Both the position numbers and the translations under genes were made by a program. A DNA stretch of 64,000 nt. It comes from Leucoraja ocellata (Eukaryota). Where the stretch lies: positions 744,001-808,000 of the forward strand of contig JAWMAR010000531.1 in NCBI GenBank assembly GCA_036785375.1. Reading direction: 5' to 3'. Shown here piece after piece: positions 24,377 through 35,919 of this stretch; position 1 is the first letter of the stretch, and each line of letters begins with the position of its first letter. The notes below the pieces were generated by a model, which was given only the letters and a program-made list of their open reading frames with translations, was not told where the DNA came from and searched no databases.

Positions 24377-25357
24377 GCTGGTACTATAAGTCCTATAAGT
24401 TTTCAATCAGATGAAAAGCAGAAAACATCTACTCCAAATACTCTGCTAGTGTCTGTTTTTACCCAATCTCCCATATCTCCACCAACATCTCAGATGCTCT
24501 TATCTGTGCCTTACAATTCCCAGATTATTCCTAAAGGTACAGGCTTGCCCTCTCCACTACCAAGAACCCCCAGTCCTCTGGAACTGCTGCACATTGACGA
24601 AGAGCCTGGTACAGCACAACCATATCTATCTGCATTATCTAACCTTGCAAATTCATCATTTCACCATCCAGTGGTGCATCCATCTGTCAGTGTAAATTCA
24701 AAACTAGACACCAATGTTCCTCTGGCAGGAATGTCACCCTATTTTAAATCTCCAGAGCCATATTTCACCATGCTCAGGGACATGCAGAAAACTGGAAATA
24801 AAAAAGAATCTATTGACAGTGAAATGCTGTCAAATGCTTTAAATACCGCAAAAAAAGATTCTAAATCCACACTGACCTCAAGTCGTGAATTGGAGGATGT
24901 TGATAAATCCCTGATTACAGACTTTTCTGGGATCAATGAAGCCTTAGATAAGCTGCTGTCCTTTTACCCTGAGGCTGAGCTAGTTGAACACCTGGACACC
25001 AAGCAACATGTCCTTGAATCGAAAGTGGCATCTGTGGAGAAACCATCAGTGTGTTTTCCTACGACAGAGCTTTCCTCCATGCAATTGGAAACAAATGAGA
25101 AACAGAATATTAAACAAGCAGCCAAGCCTCGGGGAGAAACTTCAACAGAATTATCTAGTCCGAAGAAGATGCATGAAAAAGCAGCGCAACTAACAACACA
25201 GCAGCAGCAAGAACAAGGCAGGGAAATGGCAGTGGAACAAAATAAAGTGAACAGTTGTTACAAGTATCATCAAACAAACGAGAAAGCAGAAGAAGAGAAG
25301 TTTGATTTGCCTCCAGTTCAAATACTCACAGTGGAACGGATTTCTGCCTCTCGTCAG
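24377..25357 (+). CDS. PXN: Paxillin long-isoform exon A (981 nt, Ser/Pro/Glu-rich, ends ERISASRQ)
   Basis: Long pyrimidine tract plus TTTAG; 327 open codons in frame with ORF 24449-25381. End matches the recalled TERISTSGQ of the human long isoform. Donor inferred as CAG|GCAGGC. Confidence 0.8.
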
Positions 25358-26304
25358 GCAGGCAGAAAGCTTGAATGTTGAATGCTTTGTAGAGATTTGC
25401 TGCATGAACACCTTTGCATGGTCAGGAGAGCAATAAATACTACGTTTAAAATACTGTTGCTAGCTTCATACATCTAACAATACCCATTTTAATGGCATTA
25501 TTGGTAGATATTTTGTGGAAGTGGCGGTGTGATGAACACTGAAGTGATTGCAGTACTTTCTAATCTCATTAATAACGCAAAGTCTCTTGACACTGACACT
25601 TTTATATATAATATATCCTTGACACTAGGACAAATGGTTCAAAAGGCGGAAAAAGCATTTCTCAGTGCAAGTTAAATTATTTGGCACCATTTGACTGTAA
25701 TTATGCACTTTATGGGAAGCAGGCAAATAATAAACCTTGCATAATGCACAAGATCTGACCTCAGGAGGCCCATTGACATCATGCCAGAGATCACTTTGAT
25801 ATGCCATTGGCTCCTCTCAAATTGCATCTTTTGGATTTGTTTCCAAGCCAGTATGTTGTGGAAATCATAACATCTTAGCCTTTAACAGGATTTGATTAGA
25901 AGGGTAAAACACAAAGTGCTGGAGGAGTTCAGTGGGTCAGGCATCACCTACGGAGGGAATGGACAGACGGCGTTTTGGGTCAGGAACTTCTTCAAACCTT
26001 TCTTGATTAGAAGGGTTGTCATTATATTAAGAGAAATGAAAGAGTTACACCATAAGAGCCTTTTTGCCTGGGCCTTAATACATTCATAGCTGCCTCACGA
26101 TTATGTGCATTAACACTAAAAAATTTGCACCTTTTTGTGACACTTGTACAGCATCGTACATGGAAATTTTCCAATTTAACTTGAGACTGCATGATAACTG
26201 ATTTGTTGAGTGAAATTACAGCATGTGAAAGGTGTATCGGTGTAAGTGCTTCTTGTCTGCTCTCAGATCTGTGATTTCACTATGCAATCTTCCCTGTGGT
26301 GCAG

Positions 26305-26568
26305 ATGAAATCTCTTATTAAGAGGACAAAGCATTCTATGAACGTGCACCCGATGTACCGTGAGGACTTACCACGCCGAACGTTTGGACCTGTTATATTT
26401 AACAAAAACGTGTCACAAGATAGACTTATTGAAGAGCTGCACAGCAAGCTAGGAATTGAGAAGAAGGAGCCCAAGAATAAAAAAGTAGATGACTGGCTGA
26501 CAGAGGGGTTGATCATCACCTCAATGCCTGTCAGGAAACATCAGGAAGGAGGTCATATTGTTGAGAAG
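26305..26568 (+). CDS. PXN: Paxillin long-isoform exon B
   Basis: TGCAG acceptor, AAG|GTAGCT donor. HPMYRE, SQDRLIEELHSKLGI and DWLTEGLIIT...VEK resemble recalled human long-isoform blocks HPMSRE, SQERLIAELQGRLGI and DWLTEGVIIT. Confidence 0.88.
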
Positions 26569-27561
26569 GTAGCTAGGGGAAAGCATGAACTGTTGTTACA
26601 AAGAATTGCATGAAGATTTGATGCAAAAAGAAAACCTATCTTAATAACTACGGCATGGATTGTTTAACACTTTTTTATGAATCTGATCTTTAGGTTCAGT
26701 TGGCAATGCTCTAGCTTGAACAGGAATGAGCCCATTGCAATTGAGCTGAGATAATGGCTACTATGTGATTATTTGCTTCAGAAAGATAGAAAGTAGAGAA
26801 TGTTGTGCTTGATTTGATGGTAATCGTGCTGTGTCTTTGTAGCTACACTTGGATTGTGTAGTTGTGCTCACCCATGGATGTATGTAGACTGCAGTTGGGG
26901 CGAATTGCAGATGTTTCTCGTCACTATGTGCTACTCATTGCTCTCATGAGTTTAAGTTTCTCATTTTCCAAAAGTGCATAACAAGTTTTGGAGCATGTTT
27001 TTAGGGGATTGTGACACTTTGTGATATTTTGTGGGTTTGCTTAAAGGTTGTCCAATTTATTTGTATTGTTGCGTGATCTGCATGCATATCTCAATTATTT
27101 TGTTATTTTGGAGACATTAGCTCTGCGTAATTGTTTGCAGCTAATGTCCATATATTGGATATATGTGGCATAAAATTGGTGATTATGCATCCATCATTTT
27201 TCATAGCAATAATTAGATTTTACGTTTTGTTCTGTCAATCTATGACATGCCAAGGTTTTGCCATTGGCTGGAAAGCTAAAACTAACCTTTGTTTGCAAAT
27301 GACGCAGCTAAATGGTCCATAAGAACTGACTGCCCTTGCGCTATCAATTATAACTTGTGTTTGAAGATTGCAGTAAGCTTTAAGATTTCTCTGATTGTAC
27401 ATTGCACATTCCTTGAGTGTTCCTCTGATTTCCCCCCCCCCCCCATCAAACCGTTTGCCAAAAAGCTTAAAGCATGATGCACTTTGGCCTGTATAAATTT
27501 AAAAAAATCCCTTAAGTATGTCAGCGTCTTACAACTAAAGCTGCTGTATGTTTCTCTCCAG

Positions 27562-28170
27562 ATAATAATCACTCCAGAACCTCCTTCTTCAAAGGGTTCT
27601 ACTCCATCACCCTGTCCTCCTTCACCCTCTCCCCCTATAAAACAGTGCCAAGAACAAAAAAAAAATGGACTGATAGAAGTCACGCTCACACCACCTCCAC
27701 CTGAGCGTTTCCCACCCTCACTTGCTGTACCTTCTCCACCTCCCCTTCCTGTGCCTTTCCCACCTCCTCTCCCCGAACCTTCCCCAGCCCCTCTCTCTAA
27801 GCCTTCTCTGCCGCCTCTCCCTGAGCCTTCCCTCCGTCCTCCCTCTCTACCTTCCCCACCACCTCTACTTCTGCCCTCCTCATCAACTGCTTCCTCCCCA
27901 TTATCTTCCATTCGCCTAGGATCTCATTCTGCACCTCGGTGGAATATTTCATCTGATAAAAATGAAAAACTGCCCGTCCTTCCAACAGCAGTTCTTGCCC
28001 CTGTGACCCCATTAGAATACACTTGGCTCCGAGAACACCATCCACGTTCCTCCTCTCTACCTGTCGTACCTCTGCCATCTCTATCTGCATCTCCCAGAGT
28101 CATGATGTCAATAGCTTGTCAAACCGATGGTGAAGTCAGTGATGAAGGCACTCTACTTGTTCGATCACAG
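27562..28170 (+). CDS. PXN: Paxillin long-isoform exon C (proline-rich, SIACQTD motif)
   Basis: CTCCAG acceptor; 203 open codons with repeated PPxP; MMSIACQTD resembles recalled human MRSVGCQTD. Donor inferred as CAG|GCATGG. Confidence 0.8.
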
Positions 28171-29591
28171 GCATGGAGTATTCTATCTTTAATATTTATA
28201 ATTTTTGAAATCTATTTCATTTATAAAATAATCCTGAAGCTTCATCTTCACTTTCATATCCTTTGTGTAGTTTGGAACTGCATAATCTTTTTTAATAAGA
28301 AAATACTTGTAAGTCTCCTGACATGTAAAATTGTTGCAGAAGGACATTGCTCTATGTTTAACTATAATTGCAGCATGAAACTATTGACCTATTTTGATGT
28401 TCACTTGTTGGCAGGAAATTTACATATTGCTTATGTGTAAAAGGGAGCTGGCTGCTTTCAGTCTAAATATGCCAATAAAGAGTATAGTTATATATATTTT
28501 TGAAGGACAGAATAGAATTTGCTTGAGTTGGATTCCTTGATTGCCCAATAAATTGCATCGTATTACATAGTAATATACTCGCAACAATGAGAGGCCCAGG
28601 CTGATTCTTGCGTTTCTGATTTACATCTATGTATTAGATTCAAATGTTAGTCAACTTTGAAGTTATTTCACTAGGTATTAATTTAAGATGTTACATGAAG
28701 GCACATATTGGCTCTAATAATCGTTAACTACAAGTGTCAGTTAGTAAAGGCACAGCTGGTGGTAGTTATCAGATATAAGGATCAATATAATCATTTTTTA
28801 ATAACAAATTTTTATGTTTGCCATCCCTGAGGAAAAAAGTACCCAGCATTTGAAATTAATGATTTGGTGCATGGAACAATTACATTAAAAAATTGTTAAA
28901 TGCATTAAATACACTTAGTAGGGTACACTTAGTATTATTTTGTTTGATTTAAAATTACATTATCAAGCTATTTGTTTTATGAAGTACTTTCCTCACAATT
29001 TAACTGCTGCATGTTGATATTTAATACTGTAGATTTCTGTAAATGGGCGCATAGTTTTCTTCTCAAAAGATCATATGTCTGTTTGTACACAGAAGTTGCA
29101 TGTGTGTTGCAATTTTCATTTTCTCAAGGTATGTGCGGTGCTTATCCGTCTTTCAAGAAGTCAGGTACTCATTGTTCTCTGCATGCTGCTTCAGTTGTCA
29201 AACTAGAGTCAGCGATTAGTACAGTAATAGCTGTACTATTACTTAATTTCTTGGAAGTGGACCTTGTACAGTACAGTACTTAATTTCTTGGATGTGGACC
29301 TGGCGATCAATAGAATGGACAATTCGCAGTCTCAAATCTTCATTCATTCTGTTTATTGCTTGAAAACCATAATCTTTCCTATTTAATATTAAAAATGAAC
29401 TTGAAATGGAACGTGCTTCAAGTTTTGGAAGCCTGTATATGCCATAGAATGCCCTTGCAGATTTATCTGCAAAAAGATGCAATGCAGATGTTGCTTGGAA
29501 TGAAGATTACAATGGTTACTGATTTGTTTTGAGTTACTATATCATAACTACCTACACAATCAAATAAGTATCAAAAATAATTAATTACATG

Positions 29592-29821
29592 TGTAGGAAA
29601 GACCTGCAGTTGCTGGTTTAAATTGAAGATAGACATAAATGCTGGAGTAACTCAGCAGGACAGGCAGCATCTCTGGAGAGAAGAAATGTGTGACGTTTCT
29701 GGCCGAGACCAATCTTCGGTCGCTCCAGCCTAAAAAAGGGCGCGACCCGAAATCGCCCATTCTTTCTTTCCAGAGATGCTGCCTGTCCCGCTGAGTTATT
29801 TCAGCATTTTGTGTCTAAGTC
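29592..29821. repeat. Inverted pair of Penelope 3' ends (hairpin) with 8-bp flanking direct repeat
   Basis: GCTGGAGTAACTCAGCAGGACAGGCAGCATCTCTGG...CCAGAGATGCTGCCTGTCCCGCTGAGTTA; ATTACATG on both sides. Confidence 0.75.
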
Positions 29822-31135
29822 ATTACATGATAATTTGGTACAGCTAGGTAATAGTCTGGGAGACCACTCATTGATTAAATAATTCTGAAGGGCAGAGGGA
29901 AAGAGGTGATCAAATTCCTAAGAGCAGCAAGTATTGGATACAGATTTTTTACAGTTTTATCCGATGCATGAAGTTGTTATTTTGGGTTTTGTTTTGTATT
30001 TATATATTGTACTTGAATTATTGAAAGATATTGAGAAAATTATATTGCTTTTCTTGTAGGTTGATTTGAGATCAGCCAGAAATTAAATGTGTACTACTTC
30101 AGAAGCTATGGTATTTTTTTTACCAACAGCAAAAAATCCTTAAAAGATTTAAAGGTAAATTAATGTTAACTTTGAAGTATCATATTGGTTGCATCAAATT
30201 AGTTGAAAGCTTTTGAATATTATTGGGGAAAAGGGAATGATTAGGAATGGAATGAGTAGCAACCTGTGTGAATGACAAATTTCAAATGAGCAGAGGTTAG
30301 AAGATTAAAGTTGGGAAAGATGGTGGTAGCTGAGTAGGAGAAGTAGGATGTACAAAACCTAACAAGAAGATGAGAATTTGATCATTATATTGTGGGGTTT
30401 GTTTCTCTCTGATTCCTGCCACAGTAATTATGTACACTGCTTGGTATTTAATTCTCTGTGAATCAAATTTGTGTGTTTTAAGTACCGAACTGGCAAAGCC
30501 ATCAGCATGGAACAAACTCGGTCTTAAGTTCCATTTCAGTGAGGTCACGTGACTGTACAGCTGGTGGTTGGACATATAGCCCACGAGTGCTAATGACATG
30601 TCTGTTCAACCAAAGGATTTATCATTAAAATGTGCTGAATGTTAACCGGTGTGGGATGCTCGTTAATTTATCCGTCGTAAGCCCAAACAAAGAGAATGCC
30701 GTTTTTAAAAATGTTAGGGCAGAACTTTGTCACTAACTGCAATTGGAAATGTTAAATACTACCACCAAAGAACTAATTACCTTTACTTTGACAATCTTGG
30801 TTAACGTATAAAAACTAATTTTTCAGTTAATTCGGAGCTACATGGGAGTATGTTATACAATTTCCTTGTATTGTAGATAGTCTCGACCCGAAACGTCACA
30901 CATTCCTTCTCTCCATAGATGCTGCCTGTTACTCCAGTTTTTTGTATCTATCTTCGGTTTAAACCAGCATCTGCAGTTCCTTCTTACACATTCCTTTATT
31001 ATAGATGTGCTCCTGTTCCCTTCAATATGTTTTGCATGTTTGATTTTTTTTTTTACTCTACCTGTTTCTATACTTTTCTCAAACTTTTTTTCATTCTGTT
31101 TATTACATTTGTCTCTCCTGTTGAATTATTTTTAG

Positions 31136-31285
31136 CCAATCAGCCCAGGTCGTGCTACCAAACTGCTGGGTTCCTCATTGCATAAAGGAGATCATCTGGG
31201 ACTGGTAGATCCATTTGCCCTTCCCCCACTGCCGTGCCCACTCCCTCCTTCATTTTATGGACAACAACAAAAACCAAAAGCAAAT
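31136..31285 (+). CDS. PXN: Candidate 150-nt PXN cassette exon between LD4 and LD5 (PISPGRATK...DPFALPPLPCPLPPSFYGQQQKPKAN)
   Basis: Very long upstream pyrimidine tract plus TTTAG; 50 open codons, phase 0/0; AAT|GTGTGT donor; higher GC than the flanks. Confidence 0.6.
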
Positions 31286-31649
31286 GTGTGTATATGAATG
31301 AACCAATCTTTCAAATTGAAACAGTAAATGAAAGCTGTTATCCACATAGTTTAATATTTCATATGTTCTCTACAATTGCCTTTTTTATGTAATAGACTAA
31401 TAATAACAGTAATTACATAAGTGTGGTGTAATAATCTGTCAATTTTCTTTGTTCTCAATTGTTAATACTGTGTGATTTTAGGAGAAAAAAAATTGGGTTC
31501 AATATTTGGATGTCAAGTAAATGAATCACAATTAAGTTTTTATTATTTTGCCTTGCAGTAATCTCATTACAAGTATTTTGTTTGGTTGCAGTAGGATAAC
31601 TTGAATTTTTCTATTATATAATAGTTTCTTAATTTATTTCTAACAAAAT

Positions 31650-33950
31650 GAAGCAAAACAAAGAAAGCAGGAGTAAACCAAGGCAGCCTGTCAAACCTAT
31701 TCCACCATTTAATGAGGTCAGCATCTGACCTTTACCCTCAATTCCACTTTGCTGTCCCATTCTCTCAATATTCAATTCTCCCAGTAGACCAGAAATATTT
31801 TTACCCCTTGAATGTACATAATAATTTGGCATCCACAACTCTCTAGAGCAGAGAATTACAAAGATGTGCAGCCCTTTGAGAATCAACACCGTAACTCTGA
31901 GGTTGCACAAATTGGTTCTGAAGTACCCTCACCATGAGAACATCCCCACAATCCCTATCCTAAATAGTTTCCTCAGAATCATTTGTTTTACGAAATCGCT
32001 GCTTATTCTTCTAGCAAGCAAAATAACCCCAGATTTCTCTGAACACCAACATTTAATAAGCTTGCACACTTAAATAATACCATACTTTTTCATTCATATT
32101 ACCAAAGTGCGTTACTTCACACGGACACATGTTCACTCCATTTGCCATTATTCTGCCTGGTCACTTGCCTATCTATATTCCTTTTGAAAACTGGGTAATT
32201 CCTCAAAGTGAAAAATTCCAATTGTTTATTTAAGATATAGCTCTGGCGGGTGATTCCCGAGGCTTCATAACTATCCAAAGCTCGCAAGCTTGAAGATACC
32301 CTCCCTAACTTTACCCTGAATCCTGCAAGCCCCATATAATCTTGCAAATGATACCATGAACACCCATTGGAAACTCAACTAAAGGGCATTCACTGATTGC
32401 TCTTTATTTATCCTGCTGGTTACATTCTCAAATAAATTGAATGAATATATCAAATATGATTTATCCTTCATAAAAACATGTGCTTTTAGAAGTACTTTGT
32501 TATTACTACTTAAAAGATAGATTCCAGTATTTGCTCATCAACTGGTTTTAATTAACTAGCATCTAGTTCCATATTTTATCTCTCCCACTCATGAATAGCA
32601 TTGTTACATTTGTTGTTATCCCTCTGCTGTAATCTTTTCAGAATGCTTGGAATATTGGAAGATTACAATCAGTGTGTCCATAATTTCTACAATTGTTTTT
32701 GGTTTGAAGCAGTGTCCAGAGAAAGCATCAGGTCCAGAGGATTTGTCAGGCTTTAGTGCTTCATCATTGCTTCTTATCTTCGCTGATGTGAATTAATTTA
32801 CGTTCATAACTCCCTTTTGTCTTTGACTACGTATGATTAATAGTATGATTTTGATGTCTCCCACTGTGAAGGCAGACACAAGATTTGTTTAAATCTCAGC
32901 CATTTCCTTATTCCCCATTATTAATTTCCCTAACCAATCAATTTGACTTTGCCATTCTCTTATTTTTTATGTTGAAGCTCTTACAATCTGTTTTTGTAGT
33001 TCTTGCCACTTCGTTTTCTTCCTCTTAATTTATGTTGTGGCAATTTTTCTTTTATTGGTTTCCAAGATTCACCCTCTCCTCGGGTCAATTACTTGAACCT
33101 AGAACAGCATGGGAACATTCCCCCGGTCCATGATGTCTCTGCCGAATGTGATGTCAAATTAAGTAATCCGTTATGCCTGCACATATCTATATCACTCCTT
33201 TCCCTGCACATTCATGCCTAAAAACTCCTTAAATGTCACTTCTAGCTACTTCCATCACCAATCCTGGCGGGGCATTCCTGGCACCTGCCACTTTCTGTGT
33301 AAAACAAAAAAAACCATCCTTTAAATTTCTCCCTCTGACAAGTGTATGCCCTTTAGTATTTGATATTCTACCCTGGATAAAAAAGATTCTGACTGTCTAC
33401 CTCAGCTAAACCCCTCCTTAATTTATAAGCTTCTGTGAAGTCTCCTCTCGGTTTTTGTCCCTCCAGAGAAATCTATCTTCTCTTTATAGCTAATATCAAT
33501 CCAGACAGCATTCTGCTGAACCTCTTCTGCACCCTCGATTAAGCCTCCACATCCTATCTGCAATGGGACATCCAGAACTGCACACAATATTTCAAATGCA
33601 CCTAACCAAAATAATTTCTATCTCTTTCCAACACTACCCTCTATTTTCTATGACTACGCCAGCACTGAATCAAAACCAACATCATCTGGATCAGTCTACC
33701 ATGAGGGGCCTCTGTCAAATGCTTGACTGAATTACATGTACTGAAATACATGAAGAGGATATGGTCCATTATTAACTTTGTTTACCTGCTCAAAAAATTC
33801 ATCAAGTTTCTCAGACAGGATCTGATCCAGATAAAGTTTTGCTGACTGTTCCTAACTATCCCATTCTCTTCCAAGTGTGAATAAATCCTATCTCAACGCA
33901 TCCTCTTCAATGGCTTTGCAACTGTGATGTGAGACTCACTGGCCTGTAAT
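31650..33950 (-). mobile_element. Cluster of old CR1 LINE fragments
   Basis: Reverse-strand CR1 motifs, e.g. CAGAACTGCACACAATATTTCAA, ACCTGCTCAAAAAATTCATCAAGTTT and GACTCACTGGCCTGTAAT. Confidence 0.6.
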
Positions 33951-35424
33951 GATTGGTACCATTAAAAATAATGCACCAACAACTATTTTTTAGTAGTTTA
34001 AAACTTGAACAACTGAAGTTATCATTTACTAAACTAGAAAGGTACAAGTATCTCCTTTATTTATTTATTTATCTGGCATTTTACATCAATACGGTGTCCA
34101 AATACTCATTCGGTCATTGTCATCCACAACCACAACATTTGTCTATTTTTGATGCATGTATTTTGTTTTAATTGGAACTCTTGTGACTTTTCTGTTCTAA
34201 GTTTTGTAAAATCTGCTGCGTTTGCCATCAATATTTGCAACATTCTCTTTTGGTTGTGTTTAGTGTTTGACAAATTAATTGTGGCGCTTCTCTGCTGTAA
34301 CGCCATTTCACAGCCAGAGGGCCTATCTGCTATTTAGAGAACTTTAACAATTCACTAACATGAGTGAAGCAATATATATTAAATTGTCTCCTGCAGGTGT
34401 GTGAAAATAAATACTGCTTTGGTATTCCTTTCGCTGCCATTAATTGAATATTCACACCAGCTTTCAGGTCATTCATTCCAATGCAATCGCGAGATAGGGG
34501 TTGCAGTAGAATTTGATGGGAAGAAGACACACACTTCACATTTTCACGCATTCTAAATAGATTAGCTATTTATGAGAGGATGCAACCTCTGTTGTACAGT
34601 GACATTTCAAATGTATATAGGTCCATCGTTATTTAATTATGACTGATGGGTAGTTAACCGATAGACCAAGATGGCAAAGGTCCATCATAATTGATTCATG
34701 TCCCATTGACAGGGAGACTTCATTAGTAGATATAGCTTGATAGGTTGTCTCTAATGATGCAATGGCATTGTGTAGCACTTTTTTATTCATTATCAGACGA
34801 TATTTTATGGATCTGTAAAGCTGCACGTACAATAACTATCCCAAGTATATGTTTGTAACAAATGTGGTTATTATATAAATGTTAGAAAAAATGACAACAT
34901 TTATTTGTATGAGCATGTTAACCATGTATAATGAAAAATGAAATAATGAAAGGTAAGATGTTAATCATAGTTTGTGTCGTAAATGGTTTTTGCAGATATT
35001 GTTATGTTTACGGGTATTAGTGGGGTTTTTTGTGACAGTAGGCATACCAGCACCTCCTAACAAGTTAAACTAGATTTTCAAAATTAAGAATGTTTAATAT
35101 TATTTCAAGATTACCAAAGTTTAAAGAATATATGTTATTAATTAAAGTTGGTGGTCAGGCAACAGCTTAAATAGCTTCTCGGATGACAGTAGCTTCGAGG
35201 ATGACATAGACATCACAGCATGGAATGATATGCATCTCTGCATCCTTTTGTCTACAAAAAACCCACTTATTATAAGCTAAATAATATATCTCAAGGCATT
35301 GTAATTCAGTAACTTAAATATCCTAGGGAGAAAATAATTCTGAATATTATCGATGTATGCTCCATTTAGTGTTAGAACTGCAAGCTGCGGAGTATTTAAT
35401 CCGACTCTCTTTGTTGATTGATAG

Positions 35425-35607
35425 ATGATGACCCAGTCAGGGTCCAAAGGAAAGCAAGGAGGGCCTACCACTGTAGCAGGTCCACAAAAAGCCGGAAGTC
35501 AACTGGATAACATGTTGGATGAATTACACGTTGGGCTGAATAAATTGGGAGTTGCGACTGTAGCAAAAGGAGTATGTGCTGCTTGCAAGAAACCTATAGC
35601 CGGACAG
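35425..35607 (+). CDS. PXN: Paxillin exon (LD5 and start of LIM1)
   Basis: GATAG acceptor; MMTQ...GSQLDNMLDELHVGLNKLGVATVAKGVCAACKKPIAGQ; CAG|GTGAGA donor. Confidence 0.96.
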
Positions 35608-35919
35608 GTGAGAACTATCAGGAATAAAAGTGATCTTTATTAATTTTCTGAAATACTCGTTTTTCTTTGATGTTATAGATTTTCACGGGCCAGTTTTTTT
35701 CCATGAAACAATACTGTTCAATAAAGACTATTTGTATAGTGAAATACTTTTTTATTGAAAGAAGGGTATGAAAGACAATAAATGTTTTTAACGTGTTTAA
35801 TGGGTATTGATGCAAATACAATGCAGCGTATCCCTGCTGTTGACACCTTGATATCTGTTCCTTTCATCAGAAAGGTTTGTACTGTATTTTTCACATTTCC
35901 ATATGAAAACAAAATGTGG

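Noticed and set aside
26267-26304. Upstream alternative acceptor (CTCTCAG) for long exon B
   Set aside because: The 38-nt extension shifts phase and contains TGA in the exon B frame.
27348-28090. Gly-rich minus-strand ORFs (187 aa, 97 aa)
   Set aside because: Antisense shadow of the proline-rich PXN exon.
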